Made by a program: the position numbers and the translations under genes
In this document: positions 35,143-45,490 of the stretch, piece by piece
Position numbering within the stretch: the first letter of the stretch is position 1
Layout of the letters: the number at the start of each line of letters is the position of its first letter
Notes under the pieces: model-generated
What the model was told of the DNA's origin: nothing
The model's database searches: none
Seen by the model: only the letters and a program-made list of their open reading frames with translations
DNA from: an uncultured Bifidobacterium sp.
GTDB lineage: Bacteria; Actinomycetota; Acidimicrobiia; Acidimicrobiales; Ilumatobacteraceae
Reading direction: 5' to 3'
Assembly: GCA_964540395.1 (NCBI GenBank)
Contig: CAZIME010000003.1
Location: 11,800 to 75,799, forward strand
Length of the DNA stretch: 64,000 nucleotides

Positions 35143-35455
35143 AGCTCTGACCGCAGCCGCAGGTGCGTGACGCGTTCGGGTTCGTGATCTTGAACCCCGA
35201 TTCGGTCAACCCGTCGGTGTAGTCGAGGCTCGCACCGGCGAGCAGTTGCGCCGACGCCGAGTCGACGACGACCTTCACGTCGCCGAACGCTTCGACCTTG
35301 TCCTCGGGGGTGAAGTCACCGTCGAAGTACATCTCATACGAGTAGCCCGAGCATCCGCCGGGGCGAACTGCGACGCGCAGCGCGAGGTCGCTGGCGTTTT
35401 CCGTCTCGAGGAGTTGTTTCACCTTCGTCACGGCGGTTGGCGTGAGAGTGATCAT
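35135..35455 (-). CDS. erpA: Fe-S cluster insertion protein, HesB/IscA/ErpA family
   Basis: 106 aa with GGCSGYSY and a C-terminal CGCGQSF. Confidence 0.88.
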   Translation of the reverse strand: MITLTPTAVTKVKQLLETENASDLALRVAVRPGGCSGYSYEMYFDGDFTPEDKVEAFGDVKVVVDSASAQLLAGASLDYTDGLTESGFKITNPNASRTCGCGQSFS

Positions 35456-35585
35456 CGTCCGGTCTCCTTTTGACTCGGTGATTGCGGCGGTCTTTCGACC
35501 AATGAACTCAGGATACAGCGCCCGTCACACGACGAATCGAACGGTGCGTCGACTCGTGGCATCCCTCCGCGGATAGGTTCGGAGC

Positions 35586-36785
35586 GTGACCGGTCGCACG
35601 GTTTCCCCTCCCACAGCCGACGAGGTCCGCAACATGTTGCGGGCCGTCATCGACCCCGAGCTCGGCGAGAACATCGTCGACCTCGGCATGGCGGGTGACG
35701 TCACGGTCTCCGCGACGGGACTCGTCACCATCGGGGTAAAACTCACGATCAAGGGCTGCCCGCTGCGCGCACAGATCAAGAAGGACGTCGAATCACGGGT
35801 CCTCACCCATCCCGGTGTGACGAAAGTGTCGATCGACTGGGGCGAGATGACGAGCGAGGAGCGCTCGGCGGTGATGACCCGTGCCCGATGGAGTGCCCGT
35901 GAACGGGCCGTCGACACGGCGGTACCCACGTCGGCCCGCGTACTCGCAGTCGCGAGCGGCAAGGGAGGAGTCGGCAAGAGTTCGGTAACGGCGAACCTCG
36001 CCGTTGCGCTCGCTGCCGAGGGATTCGTCGTCGGTGTCCTCGATGCCGACATCTGGGGATTCTCCATTCCCCGCATGCTCGGAATATCGGATCGCCTAGA
36101 AGCGCGGCGCATCGACGGAATCGACAAGCCACGTATCATTCCCAACGAGCGCACAGTCGGCGACGGCTTGCTGAAAGTCGTGAGCACGGGCATGCTCGTC
36201 GAGGACGAAGAGACCGCACTCATGTGGCGGGGGCTCATGCTCACCAAGGCGGTCGAGCAGTTCCTCAATGACGTGCATTGGGGTGAGCTCGACTACCTAC
36301 TCATCGACATGCCCCCGGGAACCGGGGACGTCCAGATGGGTCTGGCGCGCATGTTGCCCCGCACCGACTTGCTCATCGTCACCACGCCGGCGGTGTCGGC
36401 GCAGAAGGTGGCGATTCGGGCCGCCGACATGGCGCGACGCAGTTTCTTGCGCGTCGCCGGCGTCATCGAGAACATGAGTTTCTTCGTCTGCGAACACGGA
36501 ACGCCGACACCGCTCTTCGGTGAAGGTGGAGGTGCGACCCTCGCCCGTGACGTCGGAGTCGAACTGCTCGGTCGGATCCCCATCGAAAACGCCGTGGCGC
36601 ACGGCAGCGATACCGGCGAACCGGTGGCCCTCGGCGGCACGACGATGGCGGCTCTCGAGTTCCGCACGATCGCGAAGAAGCTCATCGCCGACACCGTTCC
36701 GTCGGTCGACATGGCCGGGTGTTCGGCACGCATGCTCGAGTCGGTTGCTCTCGCGCTCGGTCCGAAGCCCGCACCCAGGTCCTGA
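35586..36785 (+). CDS. mrp: Mrp/ApbC/NBP35 family Fe-S cluster carrier ATPase
   Basis: GTG start at 35586; an alternative ATG is at 35634. It has an N-terminal DUF59-like region (VIDPELGENIVDLGM), the P-loop SGKGGVGKSS and a CEHG motif. Confidence 0.88.
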   Translation: MTGRTVSPPTADEVRNMLRAVIDPELGENIVDLGMAGDVTVSATGLVTIGVKLTIKGCPLRAQIKKDVESRVLTHPGVTKVSIDWGEMTSEERSAVMTRARWSARERAVDTAVPTSARVLAVASGKGGVGKSSVTANLAVALAAEGFVVGVLDADIWGFSIPRMLGISDRLEARRIDGIDKPRIIPNERTVGDGLLKVVSTGMLVEDEETALMWRGLMLTKAVEQFLNDVHWGELDYLLIDMPPGTGDVQMGLARMLPRTDLLIVTTPAVSAQKVAIRAADMARRSFLRVAGVIENMSFFVCEHGTPTPLFGEGGGATLARDVGVELLGRIPIENAVAHGSDTGEPVALGGTTMAALEFRTIAKKLIADTVPSVDMAGCSARMLESVALALGPKPAPRS

Positions 36786-36869
36786 CGTTCGGTTTCCGAC
36801 TCGTACGTCGGTTGGTGCGGCACCCCATCGGCGCACGTCACCGCGCAGCGAACTCAGTCGGTACGCACG

Positions 36870-37718
36870 TCAGTCAGGGAGTGAGTCGTACCCGGGTTCA
36901 CCCGGCAATACCACACCGATGACGTGACCGCGCGCGTCAACCTTGAACTTCGGAAGGATCGGCGCGGGAGATCCAACCGCATCGGCCGCGGCGAGAACGG
37001 TGCCGATGTCGTTGTGACCGGCAAGGAACTGCAGATTGCTCGCGGTCGGCGGGAACATCGCAAGTTCTCCCCGCGTTGCACGCTCGAGTGCCTCGCTCGG
37101 TTCCACCCACAAGCTGTCGATCGTTTCGAGATCGTCGTGCAACGGTTCCTGGCCGGGCGGCGCGGGAGCGACGAAGAATCGGGTATCGAAACGGCGGGAT
37201 TCCCCGCGCGGTGTAACCCAGTTGCTGACATAGCGCACGTCGCCGAGGGCCAGCCGCAGTCCCTCCTCACGGCACACGTCGAGCAGCGTTGCCGTGCCAT
37301 CATGCACGGCGTGACGCGCCTCGGCGAATCGTCGGGCAGTTGCCGCATCGTCGCTCCGCACGAGCTCACCGCTGCGGGCGTGACGCGCGAGCAGGATTCC
37401 CGATTCCTCGAAGCACTCCCGCAAGGCCCCGACCCAGTACGCCAACCCGCCGCGCTCCACACGCAACAGTGCACTCGCTCGCTCGTCGTCGAGCCCGTCG
37501 CACAATGCATGCAGTCGCGGATCGGCGTCAGCGTCATCGACTCTTCCGCCGGGGAATACGTACATTCCGCGGGCGAAGCTCGCGTTGTGCGTTCGTTGCA
37601 CCATGAACACCTCGAGCGTGGTTGGCGAATCGGAACGTCCGCGCACGAGCATCACCGTCGATGCAGGCCTGATCGGCTCGTCGTGACGATCGGCGTGGAA
37701 TTCGCGTTCGATGGCCAT
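36870..37718 (-). CDS. NUDIX hydrolase family protein
   Basis: 282 aa. The Nudix-box remnant is GGRVD...LRECFEESGILL. Confidence 0.7.
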   Translation of the reverse strand: MAIEREFHADRHDEPIRPASTVMLVRGRSDSPTTLEVFMVQRTHNASFARGMYVFPGGRVDDADADPRLHALCDGLDDERASALLRVERGGLAYWVGALRECFEESGILLARHARSGELVRSDDAATARRFAEARHAVHDGTATLLDVCREEGLRLALGDVRYVSNWVTPRGESRRFDTRFFVAPAPPGQEPLHDDLETIDSLWVEPSEALERATRGELAMFPPTASNLQFLAGHNDIGTVLAAADAVGSPAPILPKFKVDARGHVIGVVLPGEPGYDSLPD

Positions 37719-37724
37719 CGGCGG

Positions 37725-38687
37725 TTACCGCTGCATCGGAGCTGACACGTCCGGCGCCGGCACGTTCGGTGTGGATACCGCCGCGGATGCCGGTGTGCGT
37801 CCGAGCAACCAGGCCCCACCGACGGTGACGGCACTTCCGACGACGCTGACGACGTCGAGGCGCTCACCGCGCAGCACGACACCGAGGAACAGCGATACGG
37901 GTGGCATGAGGTACAGGCTTGCCGACGCCCTCGTGGAACCGATACGACCGGCCAGCGTCGCCATCATGTAGTGGGCGAGGGCCGTTCCGAGGGCACCGAG
38001 CACGAGCACCGCACCCGCGGCCTTCCACGCGAACCTGCTCTCGTCGAGCGAGACGATTCCGAGCGGCAGGACGCACAGGAACGCGATGCCCTGCGCACGC
38101 CAGAGCACGGGAAGGGCACCGAATTTGCGCTGTAGCGGTGCGGCGACGTTCAACGCGAACCCGTAGAGAACGAGAGCGCCGAGCACGAGCATGACGCCGA
38201 ACACGCTCGACGAGCCGCGACCGAGGCTCGGCACCGCAATGAGAACGACGCCGGCCGTGCCGACGAGGAGTCCCGTGCGCTGCATCGGCGGTGGCAGACG
38301 ACGCAGCATGCCGATCGCAACGAGGGCCACGAACACGGGCGACGCACCGTTGAGCATGCCGATGACGCTGCTCGATACGTGCAGCTCGGCGTATGGGAAT
38401 GCGGTGAGCGGAATTGCGAGCCAGACGAGTGCAAGAACGACGACTTTGCGCCACTCGGAAGCTGGAAGGCTCTGCCGTGACTTCGGGAAGAATGCGAGCG
38501 TGACGAATCCGATCGCGATTCGCAACGGCGTGATGAGACCGGGTGAAACGTCGTCGAGTGCGATCGCAATGAAATAGAACGACGAGCCCCAGATCGTTCC
38601 CGGAAGAACGAGCAAGAGCCACTCGACGGGGCGCAGAGCCCGGTGTTCGTTCGCGCTCACCCGCGCAGAGCTCGGGTCGATCGTCAT
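37725..38687 (-). CDS. EamA/DMT family transporter
   Basis: Trimmed to MTIDPSSARV (ATG ends 38687, ATGA overlap with the upstream stop). It has 10 hydrophobic helices. Confidence 0.78.
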   Translation of the reverse strand: MTIDPSSARVSANEHRALRPVEWLLLVLPGTIWGSSFYFIAIALDDVSPGLITPLRIAIGFVTLAFFPKSRQSLPASEWRKVVVLALVWLAIPLTAFPYAELHVSSSVIGMLNGASPVFVALVAIGMLRRLPPPMQRTGLLVGTAGVVLIAVPSLGRGSSSVFGVMLVLGALVLYGFALNVAAPLQRKFGALPVLWRAQGIAFLCVLPLGIVSLDESRFAWKAAGAVLVLGALGTALAHYMMATLAGRIGSTRASASLYLMPPVSLFLGVVLRGERLDVVSVVGSAVTVGGAWLLGRTPASAAVSTPNVPAPDVSAPMQR

Positions 38688-39991
38688 TGACTGCGGCGCT
38701 CGCGATAATCGCGTGCGGCGCCTTCGAGGGGCTCGATTTCGAGCGTCACTCCGTCGATCGAAACGACGCGACATTCCTCGCCGTTGCGCACGGGAGTGGC
38801 ACGATTGGTGCGTGCGCGCCACCGGGCGTCGCGCACGATGACGATTCCGTCCGGATCGACATCGTTCGCAGCTACGCCGCGTTCACCGATCAGCCATTCA
38901 CGTCCGATCGTCGGGGTGGCGAATCGGGTTCGCACCATCGACGGCATGCCGACGACGAACGCAAGGGTGACCGACGCAATTCCCGCGATGAGCGGCAACC
39001 ACCCGAGACGCAGCGACTGCATCTGGGCGGATTCGAAGAGAAAGAACGCTCCGACAACGTGGATGATGACTCCGACACCCGTCCAGAAACGGGGGATCCC
39101 AACCTGGACGTCGACGGCGAAGGCCAGCGTCGCGAGGATGAGCAAGGCAACCGCCCACCCGCGCGCCGGGAGTTCGGCAAGCCCGTAGCTACCGAGAAGG
39201 GTGGTGATCGCACCGACGGCTCCGGCGATGCCGATACCCGCGGTGAAGAACTCGAACACGAGGAGCGCCAACCCGAATGCGAACAACAGGTACGCGAGGG
39301 GCGGACTCGCGACGGTGTGCATGAACTGAGCACCCGTGCCGAGCTTGAAGAATCGTGTCGTCGTCGCTTCGCGTGTGATCTGACCGTCGGCATCGAGGGT
39401 CTCGACGACCGTGTCTAGCGCCCGACCCTTGATCGTGAGTCCGTCCATCGCAAGGAGCATGTTCTTCAGCACGGGCACACCCTCGTCGGGTGTGGTGAGG
39501 CGCAGCGCACCCGTCTCACGGGCCTCGCGGTAGTCGAGTGTGCGGGTGCGCAACAAACTCGTCGCATCGCCGAAGTCGACCATGTCGCCATCGACGACAA
39601 GTGGCTGACCGATGCGACCGATGAACGCAGTCGGCGCCATAGCTGATACGTCGGCAACGGCGAGCAGCTGCGCAGACCAGCCGAGAGCGCGGGCACCGCT
39701 CGGACCCACCCACATTCCGACGGGGATGTCGGAGTTGCGGATCGTGGCGAGCAGACTTTCCATGCGGGCGCGATCAACGATCGCACCGGTCGAGTTGATC
39801 TGGAGGATGAGGGCTTGCGCACCGTTTTCCTGCGATCTGGCGACGGCCGTATCGATACCGTGGGCGACGACGTTGTCGATGAGTCCGGTGACTTCGACGA
39901 CGTCGACCTTCGCAAGTCGGTCGATCGGGTCATCGGTCGCGCGAACGCCGCCCACGAATGCGAGCAGGGCGAGCAGTACGGTGCTGAACAC
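38684..39991 (-). CDS. NfeD-like membrane-bound serine protease (ClpP-class N-domain, TM region, C-terminal OB)
   Basis: Track ORF trimmed to the GTG ending at 39991 (VFSTVLLALLAFVGG...). An alternative GTG ends at 40036 (VHAARLPSEHYRGRAVFST...). The C-terminal part is ...VIVRDARWRARTN...CRVVSIDGVTLEIEPL. Confidence 0.75.
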   Translation of the reverse strand: MFSTVLLALLAFVGGVRATDDPIDRLAKVDVVEVTGLIDNVVAHGIDTAVARSQENGAQALILQINSTGAIVDRARMESLLATIRNSDIPVGMWVGPSGARALGWSAQLLAVADVSAMAPTAFIGRIGQPLVVDGDMVDFGDATSLLRTRTLDYREARETGALRLTTPDEGVPVLKNMLLAMDGLTIKGRALDTVVETLDADGQITREATTTRFFKLGTGAQFMHTVASPPLAYLLFAFGLALLVFEFFTAGIGIAGAVGAITTLLGSYGLAELPARGWAVALLILATLAFAVDVQVGIPRFWTGVGVIIHVVGAFFLFESAQMQSLRLGWLPLIAGIASVTLAFVVGMPSMVRTRFATPTIGREWLIGERGVAANDVDPDGIVIVRDARWRARTNRATPVRNGEECRVVSIDGVTLEIEPLEGAARDYRERRSQ

Positions 39992-40030
39992 GGCACGACC
40001 ACGGTAGTGCTCGCTTGGTAACCTTGCTGC

Positions 40031-40438
40031 GTGCACGTGCTCGTCGCCACCGACGCCCAGTGGGTTCTCGACGAGGTGTTGTCGGCGCTCGGCACGGCCG
40101 AGACGTCTTTCACGGTGTGTCGTGACGGTCGCAACGTCACGCGCGCCGTACTCCAGCGCACTCCCGATCTCGCGGTGCTCGACCTTCAGGTCGGTTCGAT
40201 GGGTGCGATGGCCGTGACGATGAACCTGCGCCTCGACCACAGTGGCGGTCGTATTCCGCACGTCCCCGTGCTCATGCTCCTCGACCGTCTCGCCGACGTT
40301 CATCTCGCCCGCCGCAGCGGTGCCGAAGGGTGGATCATCAAGCCGCTCGATTCGCTGCGCTTGCGCCGCGCCGCAACGGAGATTCTCGGCGGAGGCTCGT
40401 GGCACGAAAGTGCCGCACCGATGACGCAGCTCGCCTGA
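40031..40438 (+). CDS. Stand-alone response-regulator receiver (CheY-like) protein
   Basis: 135 aa. Motifs are HVLVATD, PDLAVLDLQVGSMG and WIIKPLD. Confidence 0.75.
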   Translation: MHVLVATDAQWVLDEVLSALGTAETSFTVCRDGRNVTRAVLQRTPDLAVLDLQVGSMGAMAVTMNLRLDHSGGRIPHVPVLMLLDRLADVHLARRSGAEGWIIKPLDSLRLRRAATEILGGGSWHESAAPMTQLA

Positions 40439-40493
40439 GCCCGTCCCGTCCGCTCGTACGACCGTTAGGCTGATCGGGCGTTTACTTCGAATC

Positions 40494-40568
40494 CGGGGAG
40501 TAGCGCAGCTTGGTTAGCGCGCCACGTTCGGGACGTGGAGGCCGGGAGTTCAAATCTCCCCTCCCCGA
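40494..40568 (+). tRNA. tRNA-Pro (anticodon CGG)
   Basis: Hand-folded cloverleaf. The acceptor CGGGGAG pairs with CTCCCCG. The D arm is GCGC/GCGC. The anticodon stem CCACG/CGTGG closes the loop TTCGGGA. The T arm is GGGAG-TTCAAAT-CTCCC, with discriminator A and no encoded CCA. Confidence 0.88.
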
Positions 40569-40569
40569 C

Positions 40570-42488
<1,919 letters not shown>

Positions 42489-42494
42489 CGCGAC

Positions 42495-43760
42495 CTACTT
42501 GCGTTCCGGCAGGGGTGCGCTGTACTCGGATCCACCGTCGAGATCGAACGCCGAATGAAGGGCGCGCACCGCGGTCTGCATCGATCCCCCACGCACGACC
42601 ACGGAGATACGGATCGTGCTCGTCGAGATCATCTCGATGTTCACGCCGTTGTCGGCGAGAACGCGGAACATCTTCGCCGCGACGCCGGGGCTCGTCTTCA
42701 TTCCCGCACCGACGAGCGACACCTTGGCGATGTCGTCATCGTGCTGCACTCCGCGCGCACCCAACCCGCTCGCCACCTTCCCGACGATCGGCTCGGCCGT
42801 CTCGCGGTCGGCCTTCGGGACGGTGAACGAGATGTCGGTCGTGCCTTGTATCGACGTGTTCTGCACGATCATGTCGACGTTGACGTTCGCGTTCGCGAGA
42901 CTCTCGAAGATCTCGGCGGAAACGCCCGGGCGGTCGGGGACTCCGAGGATCATGATTTTCGATTCGGAGGCATCCTGCACGACGCCGGAGATGATCGGTG
43001 CTTCCATGGCCTTGTACTGCCTTTCGTGATTGCGATGGGTGATCCACGTGCCCGGTTCCCAGGTGAAACTCGAGCGGACGTGAATGGGTACGTCGTGGTT
43101 GCGGGCGAACTCGACCGAACGCAAGGCGAGCACCTTGCTACCGGCGCCTGCCATCTCGAGCATCTCGTCGAACTCGAGCGAGGCAAGTTTGCGCGCACGG
43201 GGAACGATGCGCGGATCGGCACTGAACACGCCCGTGACGTCGGTGTAGATCTCGCAGGCGTCGGCGCGCAATGCAGCGGCGAGTGCAACGGCGGTGGTGT
43301 CGCTGCCGCCGCGGCCGAGCGTCGTGATCTCCTTCTCCGTGCTGATGCCCTGGAAACCGGCGACGACGGCAACCTTCCCCGCGGCGAGTGCTTCGCGCAC
43401 GCGATCGCCCTTCACTTCGAGGATCTTCGCCTTCGTGTGCACGGTATCGGTGATGATGCCCACCTGGCTTCCCGTGAAACTCATTGCATCGACATCGCAG
43501 TCGTGCAGAGCCATGCACAGCAGCGCCATGCTGATGCGCTCACCCGTCGTCAGCAACATATCCATCTCGCGGCTCGGGGGATTCGACGACACCTGGCGGG
43601 CGAGCTCGAGCAGATTGTCCGTTGCTTTACCCATCGCCGATACGACGACGACCACGTCGTTGCCCGCACGGCGGGTTTCGGCGACGTGGCGGGCCACGTT
43701 GCGCATGCGCTCCGGATCGGCAACCGACGTCCCGCCATATTTCTGAACGATGAGAGCCAC
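42495..43760 (-). CDS. lysC: Aspartate kinase
   Basis: 421 aa beginning [19 protein letters not shown], with C-terminal tandem ACT domains. Confidence 0.93.
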   Translation of the reverse strand: MALIVQKYGGTSVADPERMRNVARHVAETRRAGNDVVVVVSAMGKATDNLLELARQVSSNPPSREMDMLLTTGERISMALLCMALHDCDVDAMSFTGSQVGIITDTVHTKAKILEVKGDRVREALAAGKVAVVAGFQGISTEKEITTLGRGGSDTTAVALAAALRADACEIYTDVTGVFSADPRIVPRARKLASLEFDEMLEMAGAGSKVLALRSVEFARNHDVPIHVRSSFTWEPGTWITHRNHERQYKAMEAPIISGVVQDASESKIMILGVPDRPGVSAEIFESLANANVNVDMIVQNTSIQGTTDISFTVPKADRETAEPIVGKVASGLGARGVQHDDDIAKVSLVGAGMKTSPGVAAKMFRVLADNGVNIEMISTSTIRISVVVRGGSMQTAVRALHSAFDLDGGSEYSAPLPERK

Positions 43761-43861
43761 GGCGGCTTCACGCTAGCCGTGCAGGTTTTTCCGAACCGGT
43801 CGTCGGGCGGAATCCGTCTACTGGCATCCATCGCATCGTCGACCAATAGGCTTCGTTCAGC

Positions 43862-44674
43862 ATGGGAACGTCAAAGCGCCAACGCCAGAAACAGAATCGT
43901 CAGCAGGTCGTCGAGGCGCGTGCGAAATCGGTCCAGCGCCGTCGCACCCGCTCGCGCGGCATCCGCATCGCCATCGTCGCCGCGATCATCATCGGCATGG
44001 TCGGGGTTGTGTTCGTCTCGGGAGGCAGTGATTCCTCCCCCACAGCCGACTCCGCGACGACCGTCGCTCCCGCGCCGACAGCGGGTGCTCGTGACTTCGT
44101 GTATGGCGACGGGGAATGCCCACCCGTTGACGGCTCGGCACCGCAACGGCGCGAGTTCGGATCGGCGCCGCAGTTGTGCATCGACCCGGCAAGGTCGTAC
44201 GAAGCCGATGTCGTCACCAACCTCGGTGAATTCACTATTCGCCTCGCCCCCGATCGGGCACCCGGCACGGTGAACAACTTCGTGTCGCTCGCCCGCTGGA
44301 AGTACTACGACGACACGACGTGCCACCGAGTCATCGCCGATTTCGTCGTCCAGTGCGGTGATCCGACTGCGACCGGGTCCGGCGGTCCCGGTTATCAGTT
44401 CGCCGACGAACTGCCGCAGGCAGGTGAGTACAAGATCGGATCAATTGCCATGGCAAACGCCGGACCAGATACGAACGGCAGTCAGTTCTTCATCATCACC
44501 GGCAACGACGGTGCGGGCCTCCCGCCGAACTACACGCTGTTCGGCGAGGTGATCAACGGACTCGATACGACAGTTCCCGCAATGGCCGCGTTGTTCAACC
44601 CCGATCCGAGTGCCAACGGCGTGCCGCCCGCGGGAGAGATTCGCATCGAGTCGGTGACGATTCGCGAGAGCTGA
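43862..44674 (+). CDS. Membrane-anchored cyclophilin-type peptidyl-prolyl isomerase
   Basis: 270 aa with a basic N-terminus and one TM. Motifs are HRVIADFVVQCGDP and MANAGPDTNGSQFFI. Confidence 0.88.
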   Translation: MGTSKRQRQKQNRQQVVEARAKSVQRRRTRSRGIRIAIVAAIIIGMVGVVFVSGGSDSSPTADSATTVAPAPTAGARDFVYGDGECPPVDGSAPQRREFGSAPQLCIDPARSYEADVVTNLGEFTIRLAPDRAPGTVNNFVSLARWKYYDDTTCHRVIADFVVQCGDPTATGSGGPGYQFADELPQAGEYKIGSIAMANAGPDTNGSQFFIITGNDGAGLPPNYTLFGEVINGLDTTVPAMAALFNPDPSANGVPPAGEIRIESVTIRES

Positions 44675-44685
44675 GTCGTCGCACG

Positions 44686-45486
44686 GTGCCGATCCCGGCA
44701 CATGCGCAAGCGATGACGTCGGTGAGCGGAGTCGACATCACGTTCTTCAACGAGAACGAGCGACGCAGCGGTCGATGGGATGGGCCGCCATCCCCCGTCG
44801 ATCCGTCGAAGTACGCGTGGCCGGACGCCGGATCATGGCCGACGAAGGGCGACGTCGTCGCCCGCGGCGCGGACCTCCACCCGTCGACGCTCATCGATGC
44901 ATACCGACGCGGCCTCTTTCCGATGGAGGGTGTCGACGACGAGAACCCGACGGAGATCTACTGGTGGTCACCGCAACGACGCGGAATCATTCCCCTCGAC
45001 GGATTGCGCATCACCCGGTCGATGCGGCGCAGTGCACGGCGGTACTCCGTACGCATCAACCACGACTTCGTGCGCACGGTGCTCGGCTGTGCATCCCGTG
45101 CGCGGGACGGTGATCGCGACACCAACGGCGACGACGACGGAGAATGGATCACCGACCGCTTCGTCGACGCCTATGCGCGGCTGCACGAACTCGGATGGGC
45201 GCACAGCATCGAGACGTACGATGCCGACGGCGTGCTCGTCGGCGGTCTGTACGGTGTGCGGATCGGCGGATTCTTCGCGGGCGAGTCCATGTTCCACCTC
45301 GCACGCGACGCATCGAAAGTCGCCCTCATGGCACTCGTCGAGCTGATGCAGGTGAGCGACATGTCGTTGCTCGACACCCAATGGTTGACGCCCCATCTCG
45401 AGTCCCTCGGCGCGGTCGCGGTTCCCCGGGACGACTATCTCCGGCTTCTCGCGTCGGCCACGGGGACGGGCCGACGCTTATCCTGA
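44686..45486 (+). CDS. aat: Leucyl/phenylalanyl-tRNA--protein transferase
   Basis: GTG start at 44686; an alternative ATG is at 44713. Motifs are LIDAYRRGLFPM, YWWSPQRRGIIPL and GGFFAGESMF. Confidence 0.8.
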   Translation: MPIPAHAQAMTSVSGVDITFFNENERRSGRWDGPPSPVDPSKYAWPDAGSWPTKGDVVARGADLHPSTLIDAYRRGLFPMEGVDDENPTEIYWWSPQRRGIIPLDGLRITRSMRRSARRYSVRINHDFVRTVLGCASRARDGDRDTNGDDDGEWITDRFVDAYARLHELGWAHSIETYDADGVLVGGLYGVRIGGFFAGESMFHLARDASKVALMALVELMQVSDMSLLDTQWLTPHLESLGAVAVPRDDYLRLLASATGTGRRLS

Positions 45487-45490
45487 TCGC

